32,000 bases of DNA from Trichlorobacter lovleyi SZ (GCF_000020385.1 NC_010814.1:3840001-3872000); one strand, 5' to 3'. Shown: positions 8,820 through 18,214, counted from the first letter of the stretch. Notes: generated by a model not told the origin, from the sequence alone. Translations and numbers: made by a program.

Positions 8820-9781
8820 CGGGGAACCGTGACCTCCTGCAGGATTGAACCGATCACCTCACCAGGGGTCAGCCCCTCGATCTCGTAATCTGGCTGCAGA
8901 ATCAGGCGATGCTCCAGCACCGGCAAGGCCATCATCTTGATATCATCCGGGGTAATGAAGTCACGGCCTGCCACGGCAGCAGCAGCCCGGGCAGCCAGGA
9001 TCAGCGACTGTGAGGCACGGGGACCACCCCCCAGCAGCACGGCATGATGGCTGCGGGTGGCCCGCACCACCTCCAGGGCATAGGCGGCAATCTCATCCTG
9101 CACCACCAGCGTCATCAAGGCCTGCCGCAGGGTTACCAGATCATCGGCACTGATCACACAACGGACCGTATCACCGGCCAGCACCGTCTCCGGCGCATCG
9201 CTCCCCAGGGTACGCCGCACCAGGGCCAGCTCCTCTTCGCGGGTCGGCGGCGGCATGGTGATCTTCAGCATGAAGCGGTCCTTCTGGGCCTCCGGCAACG
9301 GGTAGGTCCCTTCAAACTCCACCGGGTTCTGGGTGGCAAAGACCGTAAAACTGGCAGGCAGGTTGTAGCTCTTGCGGTCAATGGTCACCAGCCGTTCCTG
9401 CATGGCCTGCAGCAGGGCAGACTGGGTCTTGGACGGGGCGCGGTTGATCTCATCGGCCAGCAGGAAGTTGCAGAAGATCGGGCCGGGGTTGAGCACAAAC
9501 TCGTTTTCCTTCATGTTGAAGATGTTTGAGCCGGTGATGTCGGTAGGCATCAGGTCCGGGGTGAACTGAATCCGGGAAAAACGGCCGCCCACCACCTTGG
9601 CCAGGGTCCGCACCAGCAGGGTCTTACCGATCCCCGGCACCCCTTCAATCAGGGCATGTTGCCCGGTCAGCAGCGCCACCAGCACCCGGTCAATCACCTC
9701 ATGCTGGCCGATGATCACCTTACCCAGCTCTCCCTTTAACGCCTGTACCACTGCGATCAACTGTTGCAACCCCTGGTTCAT
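8816..9781 (-). CDS. MoxR-family AAA+ ATPase
   Basis: 321-aa ORF. Walker A GVPGIGKT, Walker B LLADEINRA, and the sensor region VFATQNPVEFEGTYPLPEAQKDRF diagnostic of MoxR. Confidence 0.95.
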   Translation of the reverse strand: MNQGLQQLIAVVQALKGELGKVIIGQHEVIDRVLVALLTGQHALIEGVPGIGKTLLVRTLAKVVGGRFSRIQFTPDLMPTDITGSNIFNMKENEFVLNPGPIFCNFLLADEINRAPSKTQSALLQAMQERLVTIDRKSYNLPASFTVFATQNPVEFEGTYPLPEAQKDRFMLKITMPPPTREEELALVRRTLGSDAPETVLAGDTVRCVISADDLVTLRQALMTLVVQDEIAAYALEVVRATRSHHAVLLGGGPRASQSLILAARAAAAVAGRDFITPDDIKMMALPVLEHRLILQPDYEIEGLTPGEVIGSILQEVTVPR

Positions 9782-10947
9782 CGTCCTGTCCTCTCTGCCC
9801 GCAGCCGGGCTATCCGCTGATACCGGGTAACCGGATCATCCTGCGCGGTCATTGCATCGCTTAACTCTTTGCGCAACTCTGCATCCTGCTGTAACTCACG
9901 TTTAAAACTCTTCTGCCATTCCTGACAGCAGACCTTCAGCAGCTGATTGGCCGGAATACTCCGTTGCAGCAGGTTCACCAGACCGCTGAAGCTGTCATGG
10001 CTCACCCCGACGGCCGGATCACGGGATGCCACAGCACCAGCCGGGTTCAGGGGGATTGACTGCTGCCAGATATAGAGCCCTGCCATCATCAGCAGCACCC
10101 CGATCAGCGGCAGCAGGCCAAAACGGCGGGCCAGCGCCATGATGCCGCCCTGCTCACTCACCCCAAGATGGAATTCATCAAAGATAATCCTGTGCTGCTC
10201 ACCCAGCAGCCAGGCCAGCAGCGCTGCCTGACGGTCTGCCTTGAGTGCCTCGTTACTGAAGAGGGAGCTGTCTGACACCAGCACCAGACTGCCGCTGCCG
10301 ATGCTGCGTTCCAGTACCACCGCCTTGCCATCAACGGCATAGATGGTACGCCAGCCGGTGGGTGGCGGCTGCAGGGTCAGGCGGGACAGCAGGCGGATCT
10401 CTGCCGACAGGGCCAAACCAGGTTCAGTCAGGTTCGCCTTGATCAGTTGCTTGTCAGGAGCAGACTCTGATACGGGCAGGTAGCCTGCACTGATGCCCCA
10501 GGCGGTATCCGGTGCTTTAACTGCCTTTGGTGTCTTTGCATCAGCAGGTTTTGGTGCCGGCACAGGTCTACACTCCGGCACGGTGATGACCGGATTGAAG
10601 GCAACCACCACCCGGTTCCCAGCCGCAACCAGCTGATCGACCTCGGCAATCTCTTGCTTATCAGCAGTCGTCAGCTCGTGGTGCTGGTTTCCCAGCAGCA
10701 GGATCGTGCTTGCGGTTACCTTCTGATTGGCCAGAGAGCGGTAATTGCGCTCCACCTTGACCCCGCCGGTACGCTCCAGGGCCTGGTACAGCGCCATGCT
10801 TCCCAAGGGATCGCTGCGCAGGGATGAACCTGCCGGAAAGATATCCCCGGCTTCAAAACGCAAGGCAAAGAGCTGGTAGAGGGAGGCAGCCGCCAGAACC
10901 AGCAACAGGCAAAAGGTGAGGATCAGCAGTTTACTGCGTGCGGACAT
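9778..10947 (-). CDS. DUF4350-like membrane-anchored protein
   Basis: N-terminal TM anchor (KLLILTFCLLLVLAAASLY), a large extracytoplasmic domain, a second TM helix near residue 290 and a C-terminal tail. Position between the DUF4129 and MoxR genes matches the conserved neighbourhood. Start at ATG 10947 (ORF track gives 10998). Confidence 0.6.
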   Translation of the reverse strand: MSARSKLLILTFCLLLVLAAASLYQLFALRFEAGDIFPAGSSLRSDPLGSMALYQALERTGGVKVERNYRSLANQKVTASTILLLGNQHHELTTADKQEIAEVDQLVAAGNRVVVAFNPVITVPECRPVPAPKPADAKTPKAVKAPDTAWGISAGYLPVSESAPDKQLIKANLTEPGLALSAEIRLLSRLTLQPPPTGWRTIYAVDGKAVVLERSIGSGSLVLVSDSSLFSNEALKADRQAALLAWLLGEQHRIIFDEFHLGVSEQGGIMALARRFGLLPLIGVLLMMAGLYIWQQSIPLNPAGAVASRDPAVGVSHDSFSGLVNLLQRSIPANQLLKVCCQEWQKSFKRELQQDAELRKELSDAMTAQDDPVTRYQRIARLRAERTGR

Positions 10948-12571
10948 CGCTGGTGATCCTCCGGTGGTTATCCAGGTAACTGCGAACAGTCTCGTCATCC
11001 GGCAGGTGCATACCGTACCAGGCTGCCTCGAAGATCCGCAGGTTCAGAGAAAACGCCTCGCTTAACCGGGGCATGGCATGGCTGAAGCGGAGCAGTTCCC
11101 GCTCGTAGTCGTGGTTGGTCTTGCAGCGGGCGATAGTCACCAGCTTTGCATCAGCCAGGGCAGCCAGGGTGGCCAGGTACAACGCCCGCAGCCCCAGACG
11201 CAGCTCTCCCTTTTCCAGCAGCTCCCGGGCCAGGGCCAGCCAGCGTTCTTCGGTCAGTTCACTGGCAATCACCGATTCATCGTGGAGATCAGGCGCCACC
11301 TGCAGGGTGTGCATCGGCAGTTCTGCTTCCGGTTCAGGGGTGCGACGCAGTCGACGCCAGGCAAAGACCGCGCCAAAGCAGAGCAACAACGCCAGCAGGA
11401 GATACATCAGCAGCAGCGCGATGTCTGAAAAACTGCCGCCCCAGCCAGGTTTCACCCCGGAAAATGACGGCTTGGGCAGTTTTTTAAACAGCCACTTGAT
11501 GGCATCACCGATCCAGCCTCCCACTGTAACCGCAGTATCCTGAATCCAGGTAATGATGGACTGCATGAAACCTGGCAGCTCCCTCTTTTCCAGCTGGTGG
11601 TGCTCCCGTGGCAGACGCCAGGCAAAACGGGGATCTTTGATCACCTGTTCAACAGAACGGTCAAGCCGGGCTGCGCGTTGCTGCAGCTGTTGTTGCGGTT
11701 CAACAACCGGCGCAGCAGCAAAAGCAGGCTGACTGCCGCAGATGACACAACTGAAAGCAACCAGAAGCACCGGCAGGGTTGCCCGTTCCGCAACCGTCTT
11801 GATCTGGGCCCGCAGATCAGCACCACTGGATAATGATTCTCCATAGTGACAGCGCAGCACGTAGCAGGCCTTGACCAGCGGATCAAGGCAGAGCTGGGTA
11901 AGCGCCACAATCGCAGCCCAGAAGGTGGAATTAAGCAGCATCCGGTTACTGCGGGTGAAGATGGTCTCAATCCCGAACAGGCTCTTGAGCAGGTGGGGCA
12001 GGAAGTAAACGCCAACCGCAATATTGGCAAACAGTACCAGAAAGACAAGTGACAACAGGGCCAGCAGCAGATGGTTCTGACCGGGCCAGAGCAGGGCCAG
12101 ACGGCGTGATTTGCGTTGCACGGTACGCCAGTCCGGGCCACCCGGCACGGTGATATTCTGGAAAAAGGCATAGCACCAGCCAAACGGCAGGGTTATCAGA
12201 GCGGCCAGCGGCAGGATGATAAAGCCCCAAGGCTGCAGCCCGCCCTGCACCATGACACTAGCGGTAACTGAAGGCAGCTCGGCAGCCCCCCCCAGTTGCA
12301 TCAGCAGACGACCACTGAAACGGCTTTGCCAGACCTTCATCCAGATGAACAGAAGCGACAGGGCCAGTGCCCCTCCGGCCAGCCGCTGATCTGCATCAGC
12401 GTTACGGCTCATATCAGCCCAGAACCAGAGCAGCACCAGCATAAACGGCACAGTGCCCAGATAATAACAGGCCAGGGTGTCCAGAGGAGCCTGGCGCAGC
12501 AGGGCGGTGGCCTGCTCCAGCAGCTCTACAGCCCCGATCCCTTTTTCACGGCTTCTGGGGCGCAGGATCAT
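10931..12571 (-). CDS. polytopic membrane protein with C-terminal DUF4129-like domain
   Basis: 546-aa ORF with about 6 N-terminal TM helices, one late TM helix, then a C-terminal helical domain (RALYLATLAALADAKLVTIARCKTNHDYEREL ... FEAAWYG) resembling DUF4129. ATGA overlap with the upstream gene. Confidence 0.6.
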   Translation of the reverse strand: MILRPRSREKGIGAVELLEQATALLRQAPLDTLACYYLGTVPFMLVLLWFWADMSRNADADQRLAGGALALSLLFIWMKVWQSRFSGRLLMQLGGAAELPSVTASVMVQGGLQPWGFIILPLAALITLPFGWCYAFFQNITVPGGPDWRTVQRKSRRLALLWPGQNHLLLALLSLVFLVLFANIAVGVYFLPHLLKSLFGIETIFTRSNRMLLNSTFWAAIVALTQLCLDPLVKACYVLRCHYGESLSSGADLRAQIKTVAERATLPVLLVAFSCVICGSQPAFAAAPVVEPQQQLQQRAARLDRSVEQVIKDPRFAWRLPREHHQLEKRELPGFMQSIITWIQDTAVTVGGWIGDAIKWLFKKLPKPSFSGVKPGWGGSFSDIALLLMYLLLALLLCFGAVFAWRRLRRTPEPEAELPMHTLQVAPDLHDESVIASELTEERWLALARELLEKGELRLGLRALYLATLAALADAKLVTIARCKTNHDYERELLRFSHAMPRLSEAFSLNLRIFEAAWYGMHLPDDETVRSYLDNHRRITSDVRTQ

Positions 12572-12888
12572 GGGCGCTCCTCGAACAGCCGCCAGATATG
12601 GCCTTCATGGAACGATGAGGGAATCAGCAGCAGGCCCCGGCCTGCCATAAAAAAGCAGAACCAGAGGATCAGCAAACCGATTCCAAGTTGCATAACACCG
12701 GCCAGAATGCTGCGAAAACGGAAAGAGCGGACCGTATCAACCGGTTGTCCCAGACAACGGCCGCAGGTCATCCGCCCGGCATGTTCCGTGACACATTCAC
12801 GGCAGAAAAAGTTGCCGCACCGGCCGCAGCGGGCCACGGCCTCGCGGTTGGCATGGTTAAAACAGCGCTGGACCTTCAGACTGCTCAT
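12568..12888 (-). CDS. B-box-type zinc-finger membrane protein
   Basis: 106-aa ORF. CFNHANREAVARCGRCGNFFCRECVTEHAGRMTCGRC (C-x2-H-x7-C-x2-C-x4-C-x2-C ...) followed by one TM helix. 4-nt overlaps on both sides. Confidence 0.6.
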   Translation of the reverse strand: MSSLKVQRCFNHANREAVARCGRCGNFFCRECVTEHAGRMTCGRCLGQPVDTVRSFRFRSILAGVMQLGIGLLILWFCFFMAGRGLLLIPSSFHEGHIWRLFEERP

Positions 12889-13436
12889 GGGGTTGGGGGA
12901 GCTGCCGGAGCGGAGGGAGTGCCTGTCCGTTGATTGTCATAGCGGGAGAGCAATTCACTGCGCAGCATACTGCCCTGTTGGGCTGCCACCAGAGGCCGCA
13001 GTTCCTTGATCAGACGGGTTACCTTGCGTGAACGTTGCAGAGCAGGAATGTCAATCAGCCCCAGCGGGGTCAGCAGATTGGTCTTGCAGGTGGGGCCTTT
13101 GACCAGGTTAACCAGAAAAACGATCAGCAGCGGTGTACCGACAATAAAGAGTGCAATGGTACCGGGAGAAGAAATATCGTTGGTACTTAGAATACCAATG
13201 CCAAACAGGGCCAGCAGACTACCAAGGATTACATTCAGCAGCATCCAGGTTCTGGTGCGCCGGGCAACCACTCCCTTGAGGTCTTTCAGATAAATCCGCA
13301 CATACTCTTCGGTATATCCGGTGGATTTGACTGACAGCAGATGATCATCCCCGAGCCAGAGTGAGCAGCGCATGATCATGGCAATGGTGCCATGGGCTAT
13401 ACGACGGTATTTGATGGGCCGGGCCGGGCTGCTCAT
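12885..13436 (-). CDS. hypothetical two-TM membrane protein
   Basis: 183 aa from ATG 13436 (ATGA overlap with the upstream stop). Soluble N-terminal module, two adjacent TM helices, and a Pro/Ala-rich tail. I recognise no family. Confidence 0.5.
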   Translation of the reverse strand: MSSPARPIKYRRIAHGTIAMIMRCSLWLGDDHLLSVKSTGYTEEYVRIYLKDLKGVVARRTRTWMLLNVILGSLLALFGIGILSTNDISSPGTIALFIVGTPLLIVFLVNLVKGPTCKTNLLTPLGLIDIPALQRSRKVTRLIKELRPLVAAQQGSMLRSELLSRYDNQRTGTPSAPAAPPTP

Positions 13437-14032
13437 GAGTTCCACTTTTGAAACAGAAAGATACACAGGACCAGCCAGCCAATGATCTGCAGTGCGGAAA
13501 ACAGCAGGGCCAGGATCAGGCGGATCCTGGTGCGGGGCAGGATACTGGAAGGTTTGCGCCAGGCGGTGATTGCAAGATAAAAAGCGATCGGCGCGGTGAT
13601 CAGGGTTATGGGCCAGATCAGGAGCGGTAGAAAGGTTGTATTCAGGGCAATGCTGTCATGCAGGGTCCGTTTGGTGACCAGTTCAGAAAGCTGTTCGTTC
13701 TGGCGGCCCTGTTCCAGGCAGACCGGACAGAGACAGCGTCCGGCCAGATCAATCTCACAGAGACTGCAGATAAAACGGCCACAACTGCTGCAGATCTTCA
13801 CCGCCTGTTTGTCCGGGTGATAGAAACAGCTCGCTTCACCCTCGGTTACCTGCAGACCGACAGTGCCACCTTCATGCAACGGTCTCAGGATTGCCGGAAA
13901 CAGTTCAACCTGCAGCTGTATTGAACAATGCGGGCAGTGGATCGATTCGCCACTGTTGCAAAGCGCTGCCGGTATTGGTGTGTGACAGGCGCTGCATAGC
14001 AGGGGGAAAAGCGAACGTTCACCAGGGCTCAT
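13433..14032 (-). CDS. zinc-ribbon plus B-box membrane protein
   Basis: 199-aa ORF. CSAC..CPHC ribbon, then CFYHPDKQAVKICSSCGRFICSLCEIDLAGRCLCPVC, which is paralogous to the 12568-12888 B-box, followed by 2-3 TM helices. The start overlaps the upstream stop (TAATG). Confidence 0.6.
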   Translation of the reverse strand: MSPGERSLFPLLCSACHTPIPAALCNSGESIHCPHCSIQLQVELFPAILRPLHEGGTVGLQVTEGEASCFYHPDKQAVKICSSCGRFICSLCEIDLAGRCLCPVCLEQGRQNEQLSELVTKRTLHDSIALNTTFLPLLIWPITLITAPIAFYLAITAWRKPSSILPRTRIRLILALLFSALQIIGWLVLCIFLFQKWNS

Positions 14033-14919
14033 TACTTGAAAATCACCCTGGTGTTGCAGATCCGGTCGTGCAGGGTTCGTTTTTCATCATCAAAGGCAGC
14101 CATGATATAGCCGATCAACAAGATCATACCGCTCAACATCTCGGCGAAATAACGCCCCACCGCCCTGCCGGCGCTGAGCTTGTCGCCCTCGGCAGTCACC
14201 ACCTTCAGACCGCAGGCCATCTTGCCGGGGGTTGCCTGATATTTCCCACTCAAAAAGTAGACGTTGTAGGCAATACCGACCCCGACCTGGATACAGACAT
14301 TCATGATTGCCGCAACAATTGCCATCTGAGGAGAGCTGTTTGAGGCAATAAGGAATGTTGTGGCCATGGTGGTGGCAAAATTCACCACCCAGAGGATAAT
14401 ACCGTCAATAAATTTTGCCCCGAAGCGGATCCAGAAACCGGCATAACGCAAGTCACCGGTATTTCCCATCCCCATGGCCAGCATCTGGACGTAGGTCGGC
14501 TTGCAGGAGGCACAGACCAGCTTTTCGCCAAAGCGGACCATCTCGCTTTGGGCAAAGCGTCCCTTGCAGACCGTACAGGTAGCGGAGTTTCTGTCTTCAG
14601 CTGCAGGAACAGGTGGAGGAACGGTATTGATTCCGTTACCTGATGCTGGCTGGCGGTTACGGGCCGCCTCGCAGGTGTTGCAGAGTCCGCCGCTGCCTTC
14701 GATAATTCCGCCACAGGACGGGCAGGGCCGGAGCGGAGCCGGCTCAGCAGGCAACGGTGGTGGCACCGGCGCTACTGGCTGGGCAACGGCAGCTGATTCC
14801 AGTGGGGGGAGCGGAAAACTTTGCTTGCAGCGGGGGCAGTTGATACTGGTGGCGCCGGCTGGCCGTTTTGAATCGTCAAGCTGGCCGCTGAGTCCGCAGT
14901 GGGGACAGGTTATGGTCAT
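14032..14919 (-). CDS. triple zinc-ribbon / RDD-domain membrane protein (first gene of operon)
   Basis: Starts MTITCPHCG..CPRC (MJ0042-type ribbon), then CPSC..CNTC and CTVC..CASC ribbons, then an RDD domain (YAGFWIRFGAKFIDGIIL ... RTLHDRICNTRVI). AGAGG lies 6 nt before ATG 14919. The longer ORF start at 14982 would cover the promoter. Confidence 0.75.
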   Translation of the reverse strand: MTITCPHCGLSGQLDDSKRPAGATSINCPRCKQSFPLPPLESAAVAQPVAPVPPPLPAEPAPLRPCPSCGGIIEGSGGLCNTCEAARNRQPASGNGINTVPPPVPAAEDRNSATCTVCKGRFAQSEMVRFGEKLVCASCKPTYVQMLAMGMGNTGDLRYAGFWIRFGAKFIDGIILWVVNFATTMATTFLIASNSSPQMAIVAAIMNVCIQVGVGIAYNVYFLSGKYQATPGKMACGLKVVTAEGDKLSAGRAVGRYFAEMLSGMILLIGYIMAAFDDEKRTLHDRICNTRVIFK

Positions 14920-14954
14920 GGATACCTCTGAAAATAGGGTGCCGATTTTGAGGT

Positions 14955-14982
14955 AGTCTAACGCAGCTTTCGGAATTGTCAA
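14955..14982 (-). promoter_or_regulatory. sigma70-type promoter of the ten-gene MoxR operon
   Basis: TTGACA (14982-14977), 16-nt spacer, TAGACT (14960-14955), about 35 nt upstream of ATG 14919. Confidence 0.5.
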
Positions 14983-15050
14983 ATCCCGTCAACCTGTGCG
15001 GCAATCAGGGAATAACAATCCAAAGACTGTTCGCTGTAAAGAAAACGAAA

Positions 15051-15896
15051 CTACAAACTCCGTAACAACGCCAGGTTGACCTGATCCATGGCATCATCAT
15101 CCCCCTTGGGAGTTTCCAGAATTTTGGGGACCGTGATGAAGCGCGGATCATGCATGATGAAACGGAACGGCTCCAGCCCCAGGGTACCCTGGCCGATATG
15201 CTCATGGCGGTCAACGCGGCTGCCCAAGCCTTTTTTGGAGTCATTGAAGTGGAAACAGAGCAGCCGTTCCAGCCCCAGCAGCCGGTCAAACTGCGCCATG
15301 ACATCGGCGTACCCTTCCGGGGTGGCGGTGTTGTAACCTGCGGCAAAGGTGTGGCAGGTATCAAAGCAGATCCCGAACCGGTCAGGATATTTTGAGCCGT
15401 TGATGATGGTCTGCAGCTCCTCAAAGGTACGTCCCAGATTGGTACCCTGTCCGGCAGTGGTCTCCAGCAGCACCAGACCTTCATACTCCGGGGTCTGTTC
15501 AAAGAGCTGGTCAAAGGCGCTGATTACCCGTTCCAGGCCTGCCTCAGGCGAATCGGTGGTGTGGGAACCGGGGTGCATCACGATCTTGTTGATCCCCAGC
15601 CGGGCACAGGTGGCCATTTCATCTCCGAAGGCTGCCAGGCTCTTGTCACGGGTATCCCCCGCCGGTGCCGCCAGGTTGATCAGATAGATATCATGGGAAA
15701 TAACTTCATGCAGACCGGAAGCGGCAAAGCTGCTGCGAAACAGATCCGCATCCTTGTCGCTGACCGGCTTGCCTTTCCACTGGTTGGACGAGCGGGTAAA
15801 GATCTGCAATGTGCCGCAACCGGCAGCAACCGCACGCTCGACGGACTTGTGCAGGCCGCCTGCAATGGACATATGGGCACCGAGATAATCGGACAT
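15051..15896 (-). CDS. nfo: deoxyribonuclease IV (endonuclease IV)
   Basis: 281-aa ORF. GAHMSIAGG, metal-ligand regions HPGSH, LLETTAG, FDTCH, HFNDSK and DRHEHIGQG are typical of Nfo. The start directly abuts the moeA stop. Confidence 0.95.
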   Translation of the reverse strand: MSDYLGAHMSIAGGLHKSVERAVAAGCGTLQIFTRSSNQWKGKPVSDKDADLFRSSFAASGLHEVISHDIYLINLAAPAGDTRDKSLAAFGDEMATCARLGINKIVMHPGSHTTDSPEAGLERVISAFDQLFEQTPEYEGLVLLETTAGQGTNLGRTFEELQTIINGSKYPDRFGICFDTCHTFAAGYNTATPEGYADVMAQFDRLLGLERLLCFHFNDSKKGLGSRVDRHEHIGQGTLGLEPFRFIMHDPRFITVPKILETPKGDDDAMDQVNLALLRSL

Positions 15897-17108
15897 CTAG
15901 ACCTCCACTAACTGTTCGCCCACCAACCGGACCGTAATTTCATCACCGCTTGCGTAGGCCCTGTTGGCAGGCACCAGGGCCAGCGCATCAGAAAGCAGCG
16001 AGGTCCGCAGGATACCGGTTTCCTGGTTACCGGCAGAGGCAACCAGCCAGCGGCCATCCTGCTGTGTCAGCTGTACCCGCAAGAAACGCATGCGGCTGCC
16101 GGCCTTGATCGGCTCCTGTACGGTTGCCGTAAGAGCCGGCCGCAGGATACGCCGGTGTCCCATCATCCGCAGCAAGGCAGGACGGACAAACTGGTCAAAC
16201 GTGATCTGGCTGGCCACCGGATTGCCGGGCAGGCAGAAGACCGGCCGCCCTTCAAACAGGCCAAAGGCAGTCGGCTTGCCCGGCTTGATCGCCACCTTCC
16301 AGAACAGGAACTTGACCCCCAGCTCCTCCAGCACCACCCGCACCAGATCGCGATCACCGGCAGAGATACCGGCGGAGGTCACCAGTACATCGGCCTGCAA
16401 CCCCTGGCGCATCTTTTCCAGATGGGAAAGACGGTTGTCGCGGGCGATCCCCAGAATACGGGGGACGGCACCGGCCTCACGCACCGCTGCAGCCAGTGTG
16501 GTGGTGTTACTGTTAATCAGTTGGGCCGGTCCAGGCGGCGTACCGATCTCAACCAGTTCATCTCCGGTTGACAGTACAGCAACCGTTGGACGGCGCTGCA
16601 CCAGCACGGAGGGTCTGCCGCAGGAGGCCAGCAGCGAGATCTCCGATGGCCGCAACACGCTACCGGCCTTCAGGATCTGCTCTCCCCGCCGGATATCCTC
16701 ACCCTGACACCTGATATGCTGGCCTGGCTTTACCGTCTCCTTGATCGTGACCTGTTCACCGGAGGTGTCACCGGTTTCCTCCACCGGCACCACGGCATCG
16801 GCACCGGCCGGCACCGGCGCCCCGGTCATGATCCGTACCGCGCATCCCGCTTCCAGAGAGAGCCCCTCGGCTGAAGCACCGGCCGGCAGATACCCGGTTA
16901 CCCGCAGCTTGCACGGGATGGTCAGGCAATCGTCAGAGCGGACCGCATACCCATCCATGGCGGAATTGTCCCAGAGCGGCAGATCCCAGGGGGAGCTTAT
17001 ATCCTCAGCCAGTACCTGCCCGACGGCCTGCAGCAGCGGGAGCTGTTCGGTGCCCACGCAGGAAACATTGTCAAGTATGGTCTTTAACGCCTCTTCAAAG
17101 GAAACCAT
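15897..17108 (-). CDS. moeA: molybdopterin molybdenumtransferase MoeA
   Basis: 403-aa ORF with MoeA N, MoCF-binding (LSTGDEL ... VTSAGISAGDRD) and C-terminal domains. Confidence 0.93.
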   Translation of the reverse strand: MVSFEEALKTILDNVSCVGTEQLPLLQAVGQVLAEDISSPWDLPLWDNSAMDGYAVRSDDCLTIPCKLRVTGYLPAGASAEGLSLEAGCAVRIMTGAPVPAGADAVVPVEETGDTSGEQVTIKETVKPGQHIRCQGEDIRRGEQILKAGSVLRPSEISLLASCGRPSVLVQRRPTVAVLSTGDELVEIGTPPGPAQLINSNTTTLAAAVREAGAVPRILGIARDNRLSHLEKMRQGLQADVLVTSAGISAGDRDLVRVVLEELGVKFLFWKVAIKPGKPTAFGLFEGRPVFCLPGNPVASQITFDQFVRPALLRMMGHRRILRPALTATVQEPIKAGSRMRFLRVQLTQQDGRWLVASAGNQETGILRTSLLSDALALVPANRAYASGDEITVRLVGEQLVEV

Positions 17109-17110
17109 GG

Positions 17111-18028
17111 CTAATCCCTCGGTACAGCAAGCATTTTATCCAGTGCAGCTTTCGCCTTGATCCTGACATCGTCTGCAACGGTCACCACCGGCTGCATGGT
17201 CTGCAATGCCAGCAGGATATCTTCCAGTGAGGTCAGCTTCATGTTGGGGCAGATCAATGCAGGGGAGGCCAGCACAAACTCCTTGTCCGGGTTATCCTCC
17301 CGTAGCTTGAAGAGAATCCCGGCCTCGGTGCCGATGATAAACTTTTTAGCAGGACTCTTGGCACAATAGAGGTACATACCGCTGGTAGAGCAGACGTGAT
17401 CTGCCAGAGCCGAAACCTCCGGGGCGCATTCCGGGTGACAGATGAACAGGGCATCGGGGTGGGCGGCCTTGATCTCCCGCACTCTGGCAGCAGTCAGACG
17501 TTCATGGGTTGGACAGTAGCCCTCCCAGTAGATAAATTCCTTGTCCGGCAGCTGTTTGGCGATCCAGCGCCCCAGGTTGCGGTCCGGAGCAAAGATCAGT
17601 TTCTGCTCACTCAGAGAACGTACCACCGAGACCGCATTGGCGGAGGTGCAACAGATATCCGATTCGGCCTTGACCGCTGCCGACGAGTTGACATAGGTCA
17701 CCACCGGCAGACCGGGATGCTGAGCCTTCAGCGCCTGCAACCCGGTAACATCCACCATATCGGCCATGGGGCAGCCGGCATCGGCACGGGGCAACAGGAC
17801 GGTCTTGTGCGGCGAAAGAATTGCCGCGGACTCGGCCATAAAATGAACGCCGCAAAAGACGATCACGTCGGCATCGGTCTTGGCCGCCTCCATCGAGAGC
17901 TGCAGCGAGTCGCCGGTGATGTCGGCAATGGCCTGCACTTCGTCACGCATATAGTTGTGAGCCAGCAGCACGGCATTACGTTCCTTGAGCAGATGCCGGA
18001 TTTCAGTACGGATATCAGTAGTGGACAT
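17111..18028 (-). CDS. nadA: quinolinate synthase NadA
   Basis: 305 aa from ATG 18028 (GGAGGGGAC upstream). [20 protein letters not shown] and ICHPEC motifs. The ORF-track extension to 18169 is antisense to tRNA-Pro and I reject it. Confidence 0.95.
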   Translation of the reverse strand: MSTTDIRTEIRHLLKERNAVLLAHNYMRDEVQAIADITGDSLQLSMEAAKTDADVIVFCGVHFMAESAAILSPHKTVLLPRADAGCPMADMVDVTGLQALKAQHPGLPVVTYVNSSAAVKAESDICCTSANAVSVVRSLSEQKLIFAPDRNLGRWIAKQLPDKEFIYWEGYCPTHERLTAARVREIKAAHPDALFICHPECAPEVSALADHVCSTSGMYLYCAKSPAKKFIIGTEAGILFKLREDNPDKEFVLASPALICPNMKLTSLEDILLALQTMQPVVTVADDVRIKAKAALDKMLAVPRD

Positions 18029-18052
18029 GTCCCCTCCAGAGCGACTTGCCTG

Positions 18053-18081
18053 TTGACAAGCGCAGGAATAAAAAGTTATAA
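18053..18081 (+). promoter_or_regulatory. promoter of tRNA-Pro
   Basis: TTGACA (18053-18058), 17-nt spacer, TTATAA (18076-18081), ending about 10 nt before the tRNA 5' end. Confidence 0.55.
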
Positions 18082-18091
18082 AAATCATCTT

Positions 18092-18168
18092 CGGGATGTA
18101 GCGCAGTCTGGTAGCGCACCTGCTTCGGGAGCAGGGGGTCGCACGTTCAAATCGTGTCATCCCGACCA
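18092..18168 (+). tRNA. tRNA-Pro (anticodon CGG)
   Basis: CGGGATG/CATCCCG acceptor, D-arm GCGCAGTCTGGTAGCGC, anticodon arm CCTGC-TTCGGGA-GCAGG, T-arm GCACGTTCAAATCGTGT, and encoded A-CCA. Confidence 0.95.
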
Positions 18169-18180
18169 TCTAAATTCAAT

Positions 18181-18214
18181 GGGTTACGCCAACCGGCGTG
18201 ACCCTTTCTTTTTG
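18181..18214 (+). terminator. intrinsic terminator after tRNA-Pro
   Basis: GGGTTACGCC-AACC-GGCGTGACCC (10 bp, one G.U pair) followed by TTTCTTTTTG. Confidence 0.8.

Noticed and set aside
18029-18169. N-terminal extension of the nadA ORF ([27 protein letters not shown]...).
   Set aside because: This is the antisense translation of tRNA-Pro. The ATG at 18028 has a strong SD and begins the conserved NadA sequence.
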